Positions 50,482 to 62,407 of a stretch of DNA of 64,000 nt are shown piece by piece (the stretch's first letter is position 1; each line of letters opens with the position of its first letter). A program made the position numbers and the translations under genes. The notes beneath the pieces were generated by a model. That model was not told where the DNA came from. It worked only from the letters and a program-made list of their open reading frames with translations, and searched no databases. This stretch comes from Octopus bimaculoides (Eukaryota), in assembly GCF_001194135.2 (NCBI RefSeq), contig NC_068981.1, positions 164,386,353-164,450,352 of the forward strand. The letters run 5' to 3'.

Positions 50482-52169
50482 TATTTCACGGAATTGGCCA
50501 TGAAGGACGTACATAGAGGGGACAGCACAAGGTGGGGACAGAAAAAGCAAAACGAATGAAAGAGATGAATTGAATATAATGAAAAAATGGAAGGAAGCCG
50601 TTCGGCCACACCTCCAAGCGACTTCATTGAATCAACTTCTGTTTTTCAGACACTGGTTTATAACATTATTTTGTAATACATTTTGCAACAGCTAATTTTC
50701 ATTTTTATGCAAAATGTTTATATTATATTTTTTTAAATATCAAGACAGCATACCCGTTCTGGCATTGTGCTGGTGTCTATTTTCTTGACCCACCACTCAT
50801 AGTCACAGTCTTCCTCATAGTCCTTTAATCTTGAGAGGCACCCCGGTTCTGCCATCACACAGCGCATGTACCCGGGCAACCCCTTCACTTTTGTTATATC
50901 CACTTTTATCACTCTATTCCACGAGTTTATCTCACTATCAAGTTTTTTATTTTCTCTATCGCACGGTATAACATATTTTTCATTACCGGGCGAGGGTAGG
51001 GAAATTTGGTGCTCCTGTGTGCTTGTGCTTGTCTTTATGTCAGGTGAGGCATGGAGAGGGTTGGTGCCTGAAGGAAGTGGTTGGGGTAGAGTGGGGATGG
51101 GGGTCGTCATTTACAACGTGTATTCTTTTTCTTCTCTTTATTTTTTCTTCCCAGCCACTTCCCATCTGTTTCTTTCCTCATTCCCTTTCTCCTCCTCGAC
51201 ACTGGTACTGGTTTTCATCGGTGGTAAAGTCGCAGTTTCCTTCTCATTCTCTTTATCCTTCATGAGTGGTGGAGGACAGTGCAATCTAATGTGACCTTTA
51301 AGGCCATATTTATAGCACCACGGGATCCTTCCTTCTACTCTAACTCCGAGTTTTGCTTCTCCGACCGTGATGGTCTCGACCACATTTTCAATCTTTTCCT
51401 TTGCAAATTCTACCACCATATCGAGGCTTTGTCCTTGCCAGTTCCTGTGGGGTGTCTTGGTGGCCTGGAGGACTACCACATCCTCCTCCATGCCCAGCAG
51501 TATGCAGCTACCAGCCATGCTACATCCACTTCTGGGGGTATTTCTTCAACGCTAACCCTGGAAGCTCGTCTCCCAAGGTATACGGATAGAAGCACCACTT
51601 CATTCGTTTTCAATGGTGTTGCCGAGTGCAGCCTGGCGGTAGCTACCTCTCGGAATTGCACATCCACTGTTCCAAACTTTTTTCCTCTGGCAAGGTAGGA
51701 AATTCCTTGCCAGATTGGTCTAAGTGCCTTTTCAATTTGAGTCGTCGACATAACTTCTATTTTCCTGCTTGCTACAGAGTACGTCATGTAAATTATTGTT
51801 TTTTCTTGTTTATCCTTTAAAACTTCTTTGGTGGGGAACACTTTCAATTTGTTCCCCTCCATTTTAAGCATTTCTTTGAATTTACCCAATTCTTCCAGAC
51901 ATACTTCTTCGGTTTTACCTTCGTCGCCTCTGCGTTGTTCTTCGTCTCTATTTTTTCGACAATTCTATCCAAACACCTCACTAATTCTTCCTCAGACGAC
52001 AAAAAGTCCGAAGAAGTGCAGTTCACAAAGTCTGAAGAATTCGAGCCTTCGCAGCTCCTCATCCGACGCCCCTCCATTAAACAAAAGGAAAAACGTCGCA
52101 CCGCCAAGACAACCAAAGAACACGTGCGTTACACTTAAAATCTACAATCCAACGGAAAAACGCTACATC
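50482..52169 (-). mobile_element. Element 1: ORF1-only (half-LINE-like) Tx1/L1-type retroelement with 15-bp TSD
   Basis: Frameshifted gag-like ORF about 52116 to 50733 with RRM-like (KKFGTVDVQF; RVSVEEIPPEVD) and zinc-knuckle CYKYGLKGHIRLHC (51276-51317) segments; 3' UTR ending AATAAAG; TSD ggaagcaagcttctt (50467-50481) / ggaagcaagtttctt (52170-52184); no EN/RT found. Confidence 0.8.
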
Positions 52170-52202
52170 GGAAGCAAGTTTCTTACCACACAGCACGCCT
52201 GT
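52170..52202 (-). mobile_element. 5' head of the host SINE B, ending exactly at the insertion site
   Basis: rc CAGGCGTGCTGTGTGGTAAGAAACTTGCTTCC. Confidence 0.8.
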
Positions 52203-52352
52203 ATGTACATATTACATATACATGTGTGTGCGAGAGAGGGACTCTACGTATGTACATATTACATATACATATACGTAGAGTCTCTCTCTCTCTCTCTCTC
52301 GCACACACACACACGCAACACACACTCATACATATAACAGGGATGTTATACA

Positions 52353-52597
52353 TTGTTGGTCACAGTGTGCTTCGCATTGTTTTAGATTTAGAATGAAACC
52401 ACCACCAACTGCTCGCTAGAGGGGAATGCCAACATTCACCCTGAATGTAATGACAGTTCGTCGCTGGTTTACCTATTTACAGTCACGTAGACTTGAGCAA
52501 CGAGAAATTAAATGTTTTGCTCAAGAACAAAACACACCACCGATGTGGGAATCGAAATCATGATCTTGCAATTACGAGTGCAACACCTTGGCCACCC
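52353..52597 (-). mobile_element. SINE family C variant
   Basis: Reverse complement matches 18566-18835. Confidence 0.7.
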
Positions 52598-53140
52598 ACT
52601 TTCACATGCAATGCGTGCGCACGCATACACACACACACGTACACACACACAAACACACACATTTATACATATATATAAATATATGCATCTAATCATGGCT
52701 ATGTGTTTACTTTTCGTTCAATTTTTCAAAACACATTTATTCTCATAAATGCATTCACAAACTCAGAAGCAAGTGGGTATGTGTATTTTTATGTATCTAT
52801 GTGTGTATGTGTCTGTGTGTTTACATGTTATATTTACCATATATACATGTGTGTTCGTGTACGTATAAATCTATATATGTGCACATTACTAACACTAACG
52901 GACAAAAGAAAAATTTCATGATGGCATAATGATAAATACGTATATAAATTTAATTTAAGCTGGTTTCAGCCGACTAAATTAGATATTTGAACATATAATA
53001 TACACACAAACACACACATATATGTATGCATGTATGTGTGTTGTATATATACATACACACACACACACATATATATATATGTATGCATATATATATATAT
53101 ATATGTATGTATGTATGTATGTGTGTATGTATATATATAT

Positions 53141-53171
<31 letters not shown>

Positions 53172-54706
53172 AATATATGTATATGTGTGNNNNNNNNNNN
53201 NNNNNNNNNNNNNNNNNNNNNNNNNNNNNNNNNNNNNNNNNNNNNNNNNNNNNNNNNNNNNNNNNNNNNNNNNNNNNNNNNNNNNNNNNNNNNNNNNNNN
53301 NNNNNNNNNNNNNNNNNNNNNNNNNNNNNNNNNNNNNNNNNNNNNNNNNNNNNNNNNNNNNNNNNNNNNNNNNNNNNNNNNNNNNNNNNNNNNNNNNNNN
53401 NNNNNNNNNNNNNNNNNNNNNNNNNNNNNNNNNNNNNNNNNNNNNNNNNNNNNNNNNNNNNNNNNNNNNNNNNNNNNNNNNNNNNNNNNNNNNNNNNNNN
53501 NNNNNNNNNNNNNNNNNNNNNNNNNNNNNNNNNNNNNNNNNNNNNNNNNNNNNNNNNNNNNNNNNNNNNNNNNNNNNNNNNNNNNNNNNNNNNNNNNNNN
53601 NNNNNNNNNNNNNNNNNNNNNNNNNNNNNNNNNNNNNNNNNNNNNNNNNNNNNTATATATGAGTGTATAATTATTCATACATATACACACATATATATAC
53701 TTAGATACATAAATACACGTATACATACATATGCGTAATTATACTGAGAAAGAAAAAAAAATATTGAAATAAAGAAAATGAAGCACTTCAAAACATAAAA
53801 ATATAACTGCTTTATTGCAAAAACGAATTAGAATTTGCACAAAAATATATTCATATCAAATACGAAACAAAAACATTTACCATAAGACTTATTAAAAAAG
53901 TGATAAAACATAAGTAAAATTGAAGCATGATACTTATTTTTTATGGCGGATTTTGTTTTTCTTGTGTTAGCTGGAATATGGTTGATTTCATAAAATAATG
54001 ATGTCCTCCATTTTGTGTGTTTAGTTTTCAAACATCACTGACTCGGAATCTGCCTTCAGTTTGTTTTGGAATATCTGAGTATGTATCTATTTATCTATTT
54101 ATTTATTTAATTATCTCTTTCTCTATCTAGCTGCGCAGTCTTTATCTCTCTATCAGAGTATCTATTTATTTCTCTCTTCCTCTCACAACCTCTTTCTCTT
54201 TGCTACAATTACACGCTTATATATTTTCTATCTGACACGCTTACTTTCTAAGTGAGTAACAATCTCACGCATTGATACACATATTCAAGCTCCTCATCTC
54301 TCCAATTCTCTATGACACACACACACTGTATCTCTTTTTTCCTTCCTTCCTTTTTCTTTCTCCCTTCCTCTCTCTCTTTCATTCTCTTTGTACCCTTTCT
54401 CTGAGTCTCTAACACTATACCACTCTCTTTTTGTCCACATAATTTCATTCTTTCAATCTTACACAGATATTTTCCATTCATTTCTCTCCCTCACCCCCTG
54501 TCTCTCCCTCACTTTCCCTCCATTCTCTCTCTTTCTTTCTCTCTTCACTTCCCATCTTAATTTTGACAGTCATACTATATTTCTGACTACATTATCCAAT
54601 GTGTCCTCTTACGAATGGTTGTTTGTCTGTCTGAATATACAAACAAACGTGCGTATACACACATGCTTATAATCAACTTTACAAAATGTATACACACACA
54701 CACACA

Positions 54707-54803
<97 letters not shown>

Positions 54804-55145
54804 AAAGGTGCTTATATACAAGGAGAGATAGACGTCGGTGTTCCCATATTCTAATGTCCTTTATAGAATTCTACACAAACTCTTTCACATTTCTGTTTCA
54901 AGTCTCGTAGATCATGATACTTATGGCTGGATTGGGAGTATTATTTCAGTATCGGTCGAAGTATTGTTGTTTGATGTTATGGAGATTAACATCGTCCTAA
55001 TGCTATTGTTGTTGTTGGTGGTGCTATTGGTTAACCTTCGATCAACCCTGATTGACTATTAACGTAACCAAATAACAGATTAAGTCTATTCAGCGTACAA
55101 TAAAAAAAAAAACCCACTAAACTAATGAAAAAAAAAAAAAAACCC

Positions 55146-55474
55146 GCCTGGCTCTCCGTCGGTTATGACAACGAATGTTCTAAGTGATTCGATCAACGAA
55201 ACAGATGGCGCGCAAAATTAACGTGCCAGCGGCTGAGCGCTCCAGAAACACACGTACCCCTAACGTAACTCTCTGGGAGTTTCAGTTTGACACAGAATGC
55301 GACAATGCAGGACCTTTCAACTACAGGTATACAACTAATTTTTGCCAGCTGAGCGGACTGGAGCGACGGGAAATAAATTGACTTGCTCAAGGACATAACG
55401 TGCCGCTGGGAATTAAACTCACGACTTTACAATCGAGAGCTGAATACCCATTAGTCATGAAACCACGTGCCTTC
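55146..55474 (-). mobile_element. SINE with family C (CORE-like) front and family D tail
   Basis: rc GTCCTTGAGCAAGTCAATTTATTTCCCGTCGCTCCAGTCCGCTCAGCTGGC ... GGAGCGCTCAGCCGCTGGCACGTTAATTT...TAACCGACGGAG. Confidence 0.75.
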
Positions 55475-56133
55475 TAATAAAAATTAATGTAATATAAACC
55501 TAAAAACCTGTAGTTGAGTAAACGTAGCTATGTAAGAAGAAAGTGTTTGAAGCAAATCATTGTGAATATGTCTTATTTATATAAACATTACACATAAACA
55601 GTAATACACATACACTCACAGTGCTTTATACACTCAAGTAGACGCACATCTACGTTTATCTTATTCTCATAACCCAGCCGTTTCAATATACACACATAAT
55701 GATATAGTGCTGTTTTAAGAGAATTTTCTACAGTTGCAGTTACATCCAAGGTGATATGAATTTTAGTTTAGCTCACATACTACATGAAATTATTAATATA
55801 CAAACCATTATACGCATAAACATGTATGAGAATTTGAAAGGTTTCAACGAGCAAGAAAATATAAGTTCTGAGCGGACCTATAAACAAATGTTTTCCGGTA
55901 TTGACCAAGCCATTTTTTTGTATCCTATCTAAATCTACTTCCTGTAATAACACAGTAATAATAGTATGTCATTTAAGGGGATTTGGTTGCTATTCTTGGC
56001 AGATTGAACGATCACATAGACCCTTCCTTGTTCGCACATTATTGTAAGTGTTGCGGGTTGTTTAGCCCCAGGTCAGTCCTGACCATACAGATATATAGGT
56101 TCTCCATTAATTACTTTTGCAATTTAGAAATTC

Positions 56134-56212
<79 letters not shown>

Positions 56213-56376
56213 CATATATACATATATATANNNNNNNNNNNNNNNNNNNNNNNNNNNNNNNNNNNNNNNNNNNNNNNNNNNNNNNNNNNNNNNNNNNNNN
56301 NNNNNNNNNNNNNNNNNNNNNNNNNNNNNNNNNNNNNNNNNNNNNNNNNNNNNNNNNNNNNNNNNNNNNNNNNNNN

Positions 56377-56443
<67 letters not shown>

Positions 56444-57025
56444 AAGAAAAATAATGGTAACTCAGTGTAGTTCACTAGAAAACATGCAAACAGATAAGGT
56501 TTTACTAAAAACACGAGAACACTTCCACATGGGCTCCATTAGTTGTGCGCAATAAATAGATACAATAAATTATGGAAGTTGTAAAGATAATTTATGGATA
56601 CTCTGTATTATCAAATTGGCTCTTTAAAAATGCAAAACATATTTTGTCAATTACTATATTATACAATGGGTTCTTCCTTCAATGGTGATATGTGATTTGA
56701 GGGAACTGAAAGTGCTATTTCTTGCAGGTCACAGAATTGTTCATTTAGGTAGTGCCACTTGCATTTCTGTCTGAACATGTTTGCACGGAAGCAAAACTAT
56801 CATGCTTGTATAAACGATTCTTGGAACGTTCGCTTCATTGCTGGAATAAATTATGAGCTAGATATTGTTGTTGCTATTGTCCATCTTTGGCTAGTATGTC
56901 TTAAGTTTTCAAATAATGAAATATCTACGCCTACATTATCCGCTGAATCTCCTCCTGTTTAAGAAAGTGGAGTATGAGTAAGAAGAGATTTGGTTTCTTT
57001 TTCTAGCACAGTGAAGTGACTATAT

Positions 57026-57415
57026 GGTGGAGGCGCAATAGCCCAGTGGTTAGGGCAGCGGACTCGCGGTCATAGGATCGCGGCTTCGATTCTCAGACCG
57101 GGCGTTGTGAATGTTTATTGAGTGAAAACACCTGAAGCTCCACGAGACTCCGGCATAGGGATGGTGGCGAACCCTGCTGTACTCTTTCACCATAACTTTC
57201 ACTCAATCTTACTTCCTGTTTTTGTTGTACCTGTATTTCAAAGGGTCAGCCTTGTCACACTGTGTCACGCTGAATATCCCCCGAGAACTACGTTAAGGGT
57301 ACACGTGTCTGTGGAGTGCTGAGCCACTTGCACGTTAATTTCACGAGTAGGCTGTTCCGTTGATCGGATCAACTGGAACCCTCGGCGTCGTAAGCGACGG
57401 AGTGCCAACAACAAC
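57026..57415 (+). mobile_element. SINE family D, full length, 13-bp TSD, RTE-like tail
   Basis: tRNA head GGAGGCGCAATAGCCCAGTGGTTAGG...TTCGATTCTC; TSD gaagtgactatat at 57013-57025 and 57416-57428; (AAC)n end. Confidence 0.88.
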
Positions 57416-58313
57416 GAAGTGACTATATAAAGACCAGCTTGTTGGAGTTTGTGTTTAATGATGTTGATTAACGATAATTTTTTTAATTTTCATTGTTGAA
57501 TGTTGTTGGTACTGTGATCTAGGAATAACAAGGGATACAGAAGGCGGGGGGGGGGAGAAGAGAGACAAAGAGAAAGAGAGGGTAGAGAGTGAAGAATAGA
57601 GAGAAAGAGTAGAAGTAAAAAAGAAAGCGGAAGAGAATAAGAAAGCTAGAGACTTTTGTGTGGCTGAATAAGTAGTGTTAATACAACGTATAAGTATATA
57701 TGGTATAAGCTTAGATACGAGATCTTCAAAACTGGTATCTATTTTACTACAAATTGGTACCATAGATAGTCGTTTGTTGACAACAATGGTTAGCTCAAGC
57801 CAATCCTAATCAAATGCATTCCAGCCTGTCTTTTATTTAATTTTTTTTCAGTCACAGGCACCTAGTACCACGTTATGTAATGTGTTCTATACTAAGACAG
57901 CAGAGTGAAATGTGAGAGAGACTTTGATTATTATTTTTAACAGATCAGATAACAATACCGAGAAACCATGAATTACCTACCCATCAGTATATGTATACAG
58001 TAGCACCACTGTCAAATTCACAAATGATCCCTTAGTTTCTCTGATTGTTTAGCTGCTAATGTGGAGACGTTAACTCACAAAGACTAGCGTCCAATCCTAT
58101 AGAGGCTTTTTATTTCATCAAGTAAAGCTTAAAAAAGATTAAACTTGCATTCAAATTTTACGAGTTCGCAGTTTAATAGCAGTAATAGATAAACTTGTTA
58201 TAATAGTTGGCATTTAGCCTGAGATCAATGGTAATCGAGTACGTGATGAAAGGTATTCATGTCGTGTCCAACCAACTCATTTTTTCAGGCGATGTGTACC
58301 TAGGACTATCTTA

Positions 58314-58536
58314 TTTCTTTATTGTCCACAAGGGGCTAAACATAGAGGGACAAACAAGGACAGATAAAGGGATTAAGTCGATTACATTGATCCCAGTGCG
58401 TAACTGGTACTTAATTTATCGACCCCGAAAGGATGAAACGCAAAATCAACCTCGGCGGAATTTGAACTCAGAACGTAACAGCAGACCAAAATACCGCTAA
58501 GCATTTCGCCCGGCGTGCTAACGTTTCTGCCAGCTC
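58314..58536 (-). mobile_element. SINE family A (A2 tail) with perfect 16-bp TSD
   Basis: acctaggactatctta at 58298-58313 and 58537-58552. Confidence 0.93.
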
Positions 58537-59271
58537 ACCTAGGACTATCTTACTGAATGCGATCGCTTTTTCTGTGATAGAACGGTATGACTTGAAGAAT
58601 TTGGAAAGAAATTCTAGTAGGTTGAGTGAAAGTGTTCAACGAAGGAGCCTCTCTACACTGCAGAAAGTCACTCTATGGCCCATTATAATTAACGGCGGAA
58701 TTAGTATTGGTAAAGGTGTTGGTGGTGGTGTTAGTGGTAGTTGTACTGATGATGCAGTCCTCGGTAGAGTTGGGAAAAGGACGGCGATACCGGTCGAAGA
58801 GTTGATATGTTCATACCACTAGAGTATTGGCAAGGGTCGGTAGCAATAGCAATAATAAGGGCTGCTTTTAAATGCTATAAAACTCTTTTGGACACAAAAT
58901 ACCGGATTGTAAGTGACAAACAGTCGAGACAAGCTTTTTCCCTATTGTATCTTTCAATTATTATATTCTTTAAAATTTCGTTTATTATAATCATCATCAC
59001 CATCATCATCATTTTCATTATTATTATTATTATTTTTATTGTTGTTGTTGTTGTTGGTGTTACCTTTTCTGTTTTTTTTTTGTTTTTGTTTTTTTCAGGC
59101 TCATGTAAAGTACATTTCTGTCATAAAGTTATGGTGAACGCAATAAAATGACGCGTTAATGTAAAGACAGTTTCACTGGGCAGACTATAAAATACAAATA
59201 TAACATCGGCAGCAAAGGTTGAAAATGAGGAAACAATAAAAGTAAAATAAAATTATAAATAAAGCTAAAAT

Positions 59272-59272
<1 letters not shown>

Positions 59273-59328
<56 letters not shown>

Positions 59329-59350
59329 AATAATAATAATAGTAATAGTA
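59273..59350. repeat. (AAC)n(AAT)n microsatellite
   Basis: Seen directly. Confidence 0.9.
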
Positions 59351-59694
59351 ATAAACAGAATCGTTACAAATGCAGAGTTATATGGCAGGAAATTCTTTAA
59401 GTATTCCAATTTTTCTGTGTTTGGAGCTGAGAGATCTTAAAGAAGTGAGAAATTGATTTTTTTTTTAACGTTTTGTTTTTTAACGACAGCCATAGAACGA
59501 CAAAGATCGTGTCCATGAAATTTCCCTTTTTGCAGCTTTTAAGAAATTTTTGTTTTAGATCATTGGAGTGGTGGTGGGGGGAGGATGGTTTGTTAGATTC
59601 TGTAAAGATGTCGAGAAGATAGCATGAGGTAAGTAAGCTAGTTACGTATCTTTACATACCGAGTTCAAACTCTGTCTGAAACTATATTCTTTCA

Positions 59695-59890
59695 TTTATT
59701 CTATTACTTGTTTCAGTCATTAGACTGCGACCATGTTGGAGCACCGCCTTAAAAGGATTCAGTCGAAGAAATCAACCTCAGGACTTATCCTACGTGAGCC
59801 TAGTACTTATTGCATCGGGAATTTTTGCCGAACCGCCAGATTACGGGGGATATAAACACATCAGCATCAGTTGTCAAGCAATCGCGGAGT
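59695..59890 (-). mobile_element. SINE family B, 3' half
   Basis: tgtttcagtcattagactgcgaccatgttggagcaccgcc. Confidence 0.8.
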
Positions 59891-59976
59891 GGACACACAC
59901 GCACACACACACGCGCACACACACACATACACACGCATACACGCACATATATATATATTTACAATACATATGGTCC

Positions 59977-60007
<31 letters not shown>

Positions 60008-60039
60008 GGGAGAATTCACAAAAAAACAAAAGACGAAGA

Positions 60040-60200
60040 CAGGTAGTATAGACAATAAACAGATGTATTAATTTAACGCTCGGGAAGTGAAAAAGTCTTT
60101 AACGTTTCGAGCCTACGCTCTTCCACAGAAAGGAACACAAAAAGAAACAGGGAAAGAAAATATAGAATGTGTAGTGGCTAGCCATCTATCAAGGTACTTA
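60040..60200 (-). mobile_element. Probable Penelope-like terminal-repeat fragment containing a minimal hammerhead-like motif
   Basis: rc CCTTT-CTGTGGA-A-GAGC-GTAG-GCTC-GAA-ACGT-T-AAAG (60097-60133). Confidence 0.5.
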
Positions 60201-60372
60201 AGATGAAGCACCAAGTGAGTCCGGTATTATCCGCACAGCTCGAACTAAGGTGAATAAAATCAAAATAAGCAACAAGATATCAAGTAGTGATGCAGTACGA
60301 CCGTTTCAAGCGGCTCCATTTAATTCAACAATGCATTCATTACATCAATTTAAAGGCACTGCATTTAAATTG

Positions 60373-60403
<31 letters not shown>

Positions 60404-60783
60404 AACCCGGCAAATTCATGATAATATATTCTCTTAAGCCTACAATCGCAGCCTGCCCACGAAATAACAAAACACATATCGTGTGTTTGAGAGTTCAATA
60501 TGGTTTNNNNNNNNNNNNNNNNNNNNNNNNNNNNNNNNNNNNNNNNNNNNNNNNNNNNNNNNNNNNNNNNNNNNNNNNNNNNNNNNNNNNNNNNNNNNNN
60601 NNNNNNNNNNNNNNNNNNNNNNNNNNNNNNNNNNNNNNNNNNNNNNNNNNNNNNNNNNNNNNNNNNNNNNNNNNNNNNNNNNNNNNNNNNNNNNNNNNNN
60701 NNNNNNNNNNNNNNNNNNNNNNNNNNNNNNNNNNNNNNNNNNNNNNNNNNNNNNNNNNNNNNNNNNNNNNNNNNNNNNNNNGT

Positions 60784-60851
<68 letters not shown>

Positions 60852-60860
60852 CAGATAGAC

Positions 60861-60891
<31 letters not shown>

Positions 60892-60900
60892 CAGATAGAC

Positions 60901-60964
<64 letters not shown>
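60784..60964. repeat. (AGAT)n/(AGAC)n microsatellite
   Basis: Seen directly. Confidence 0.95.
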
Positions 60965-60973
60965 GCACACACA

Positions 60974-61437
60974 ATAGGCGCAGGATTGCTTGTGTGGAAA
61001 GAAGCTTGGTTCCGGGTTGAATCTCACTGCGTGGCACCTAAGTGTCATCTACTATAGCATTGGGCCAACCAAAGCCTTGTGAATGGATTTGGTAGACAGA
61101 AACTGAAGGAATCCCATCGTATATATTATATACGATGGAATTATATATATATGTGTGTGTGGGTGTGTGGGTGTGTGTGTGTGTGCGTGTGTGTGTGTGC
61201 GTGTGTGTGTGTGTGTATCTGTATGTGTGTGTCTGTGTTTGTCCCCGCCCACCGTCGCTTGACAACCGATGTTGGTGTGTTATTGTCCCCGTAACATTCG
61301 CTGTTCGGGCAAAAAGAGAGCGATAGAATAAGTACTAGACTTACAAAGAATAAGACTTGGAGTTGATTTGTTCAACTAAAGGCGGTGCTCTAGCATGGCC
61401 GCAGTCAAATGACTGAAACAAGTAAAAGAATAAAATA

Positions 61438-61440
<3 letters not shown>
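60974..61440 (+). mobile_element. SINE family B, full length
   Basis: ATAGGCGCAGG...CAGTCAAATGACTGAAACAAGTAAAAGAATAAAA. Confidence 0.9.
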
Positions 61441-61472
<32 letters not shown>

Positions 61473-62407
61473 TATATGTAATAGTACGGTGTCTTATGAT
61501 GTTAAGGTAATTGGTGCAAGAAATTAGTGCTCAGGTTGAAATCGTGCTTAGCCGAAACTTACGGACAACTTTAAATGAACGGGTGAGGTGAAGGCTCAAA
61601 TGAAAACTAGTCAAAAGCAATGTATGGATCAAGCTGGTTCGTGTTCAATACAATGAATACAGGTATTCGGTCAAATTATGATATATTTATATTTATGCAA
61701 CATATAAATTACTTATATATTATAAATACTTATAAATTGCTTCGACATATTCTCTACTTCGGATCTTTGATCTCTATAACAATATAATTAAGTGCTCCTC
61801 TGATGATCAAGGAAGCATACACAGATACACTTACTTGTATGTATAGCACATTTACTAAGATACTGTTGGAAAATCTAACTCTCTGCAAAAGGAATATAAC
61901 CGATTTTAAATTGATTTTGTTTATCTATATTTCACAGAATTAATAGTAGAATTATTGGATTATTTCTGAAAACTTTATCCAAAGAAAAAAAACTTGAAAG
62001 CGTAGCTTGTGTTGTGTCTGTACCAAAAGATAGTCGCTCATCTGCTAATCATCGAAAAGTGAAGGAAATTGGAATACGATGATTACTTAATGCACTTCAA
62101 ATATAGACTTTATATAATTTATGCAAAGTTGCATAGACTTAATACACAGCACTCTCCCTCTTTCTCTCTCACTCTTCGCCTTACCCTCTTTTTCTCTCAC
62201 CTTTTTCTTTCGCTTTTCGCCTTCCCCTTTAACTGATCACGTGAAAGTGTTACAGACAGGCTAAGTAACGGAGAAAAAAAACATAGTTTAAAAAATTTCA
62301 CATTTCACACCAGAACCCCCTCCCGTCCCTTTCCTTCCTCCCATCCCCGTTCAAATAATCACGTGGAAGCATGGCGGAAGGGCTAAGTAACAGAGTGACA
62401 AGCTGAA

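Noticed and set aside
56700-56990. Possible Penelope-like peptide traces (KNRLYKHDSF)
   Set aside because: Too short and degenerate to support a call.
60974-61040. tRNA-like sequences (all SINE heads, e.g. 6571, 15775, 57026)
   Set aside because: They have A/B boxes but no intact cloverleaf, and they continue into SINE bodies; not counted as tRNA genes.
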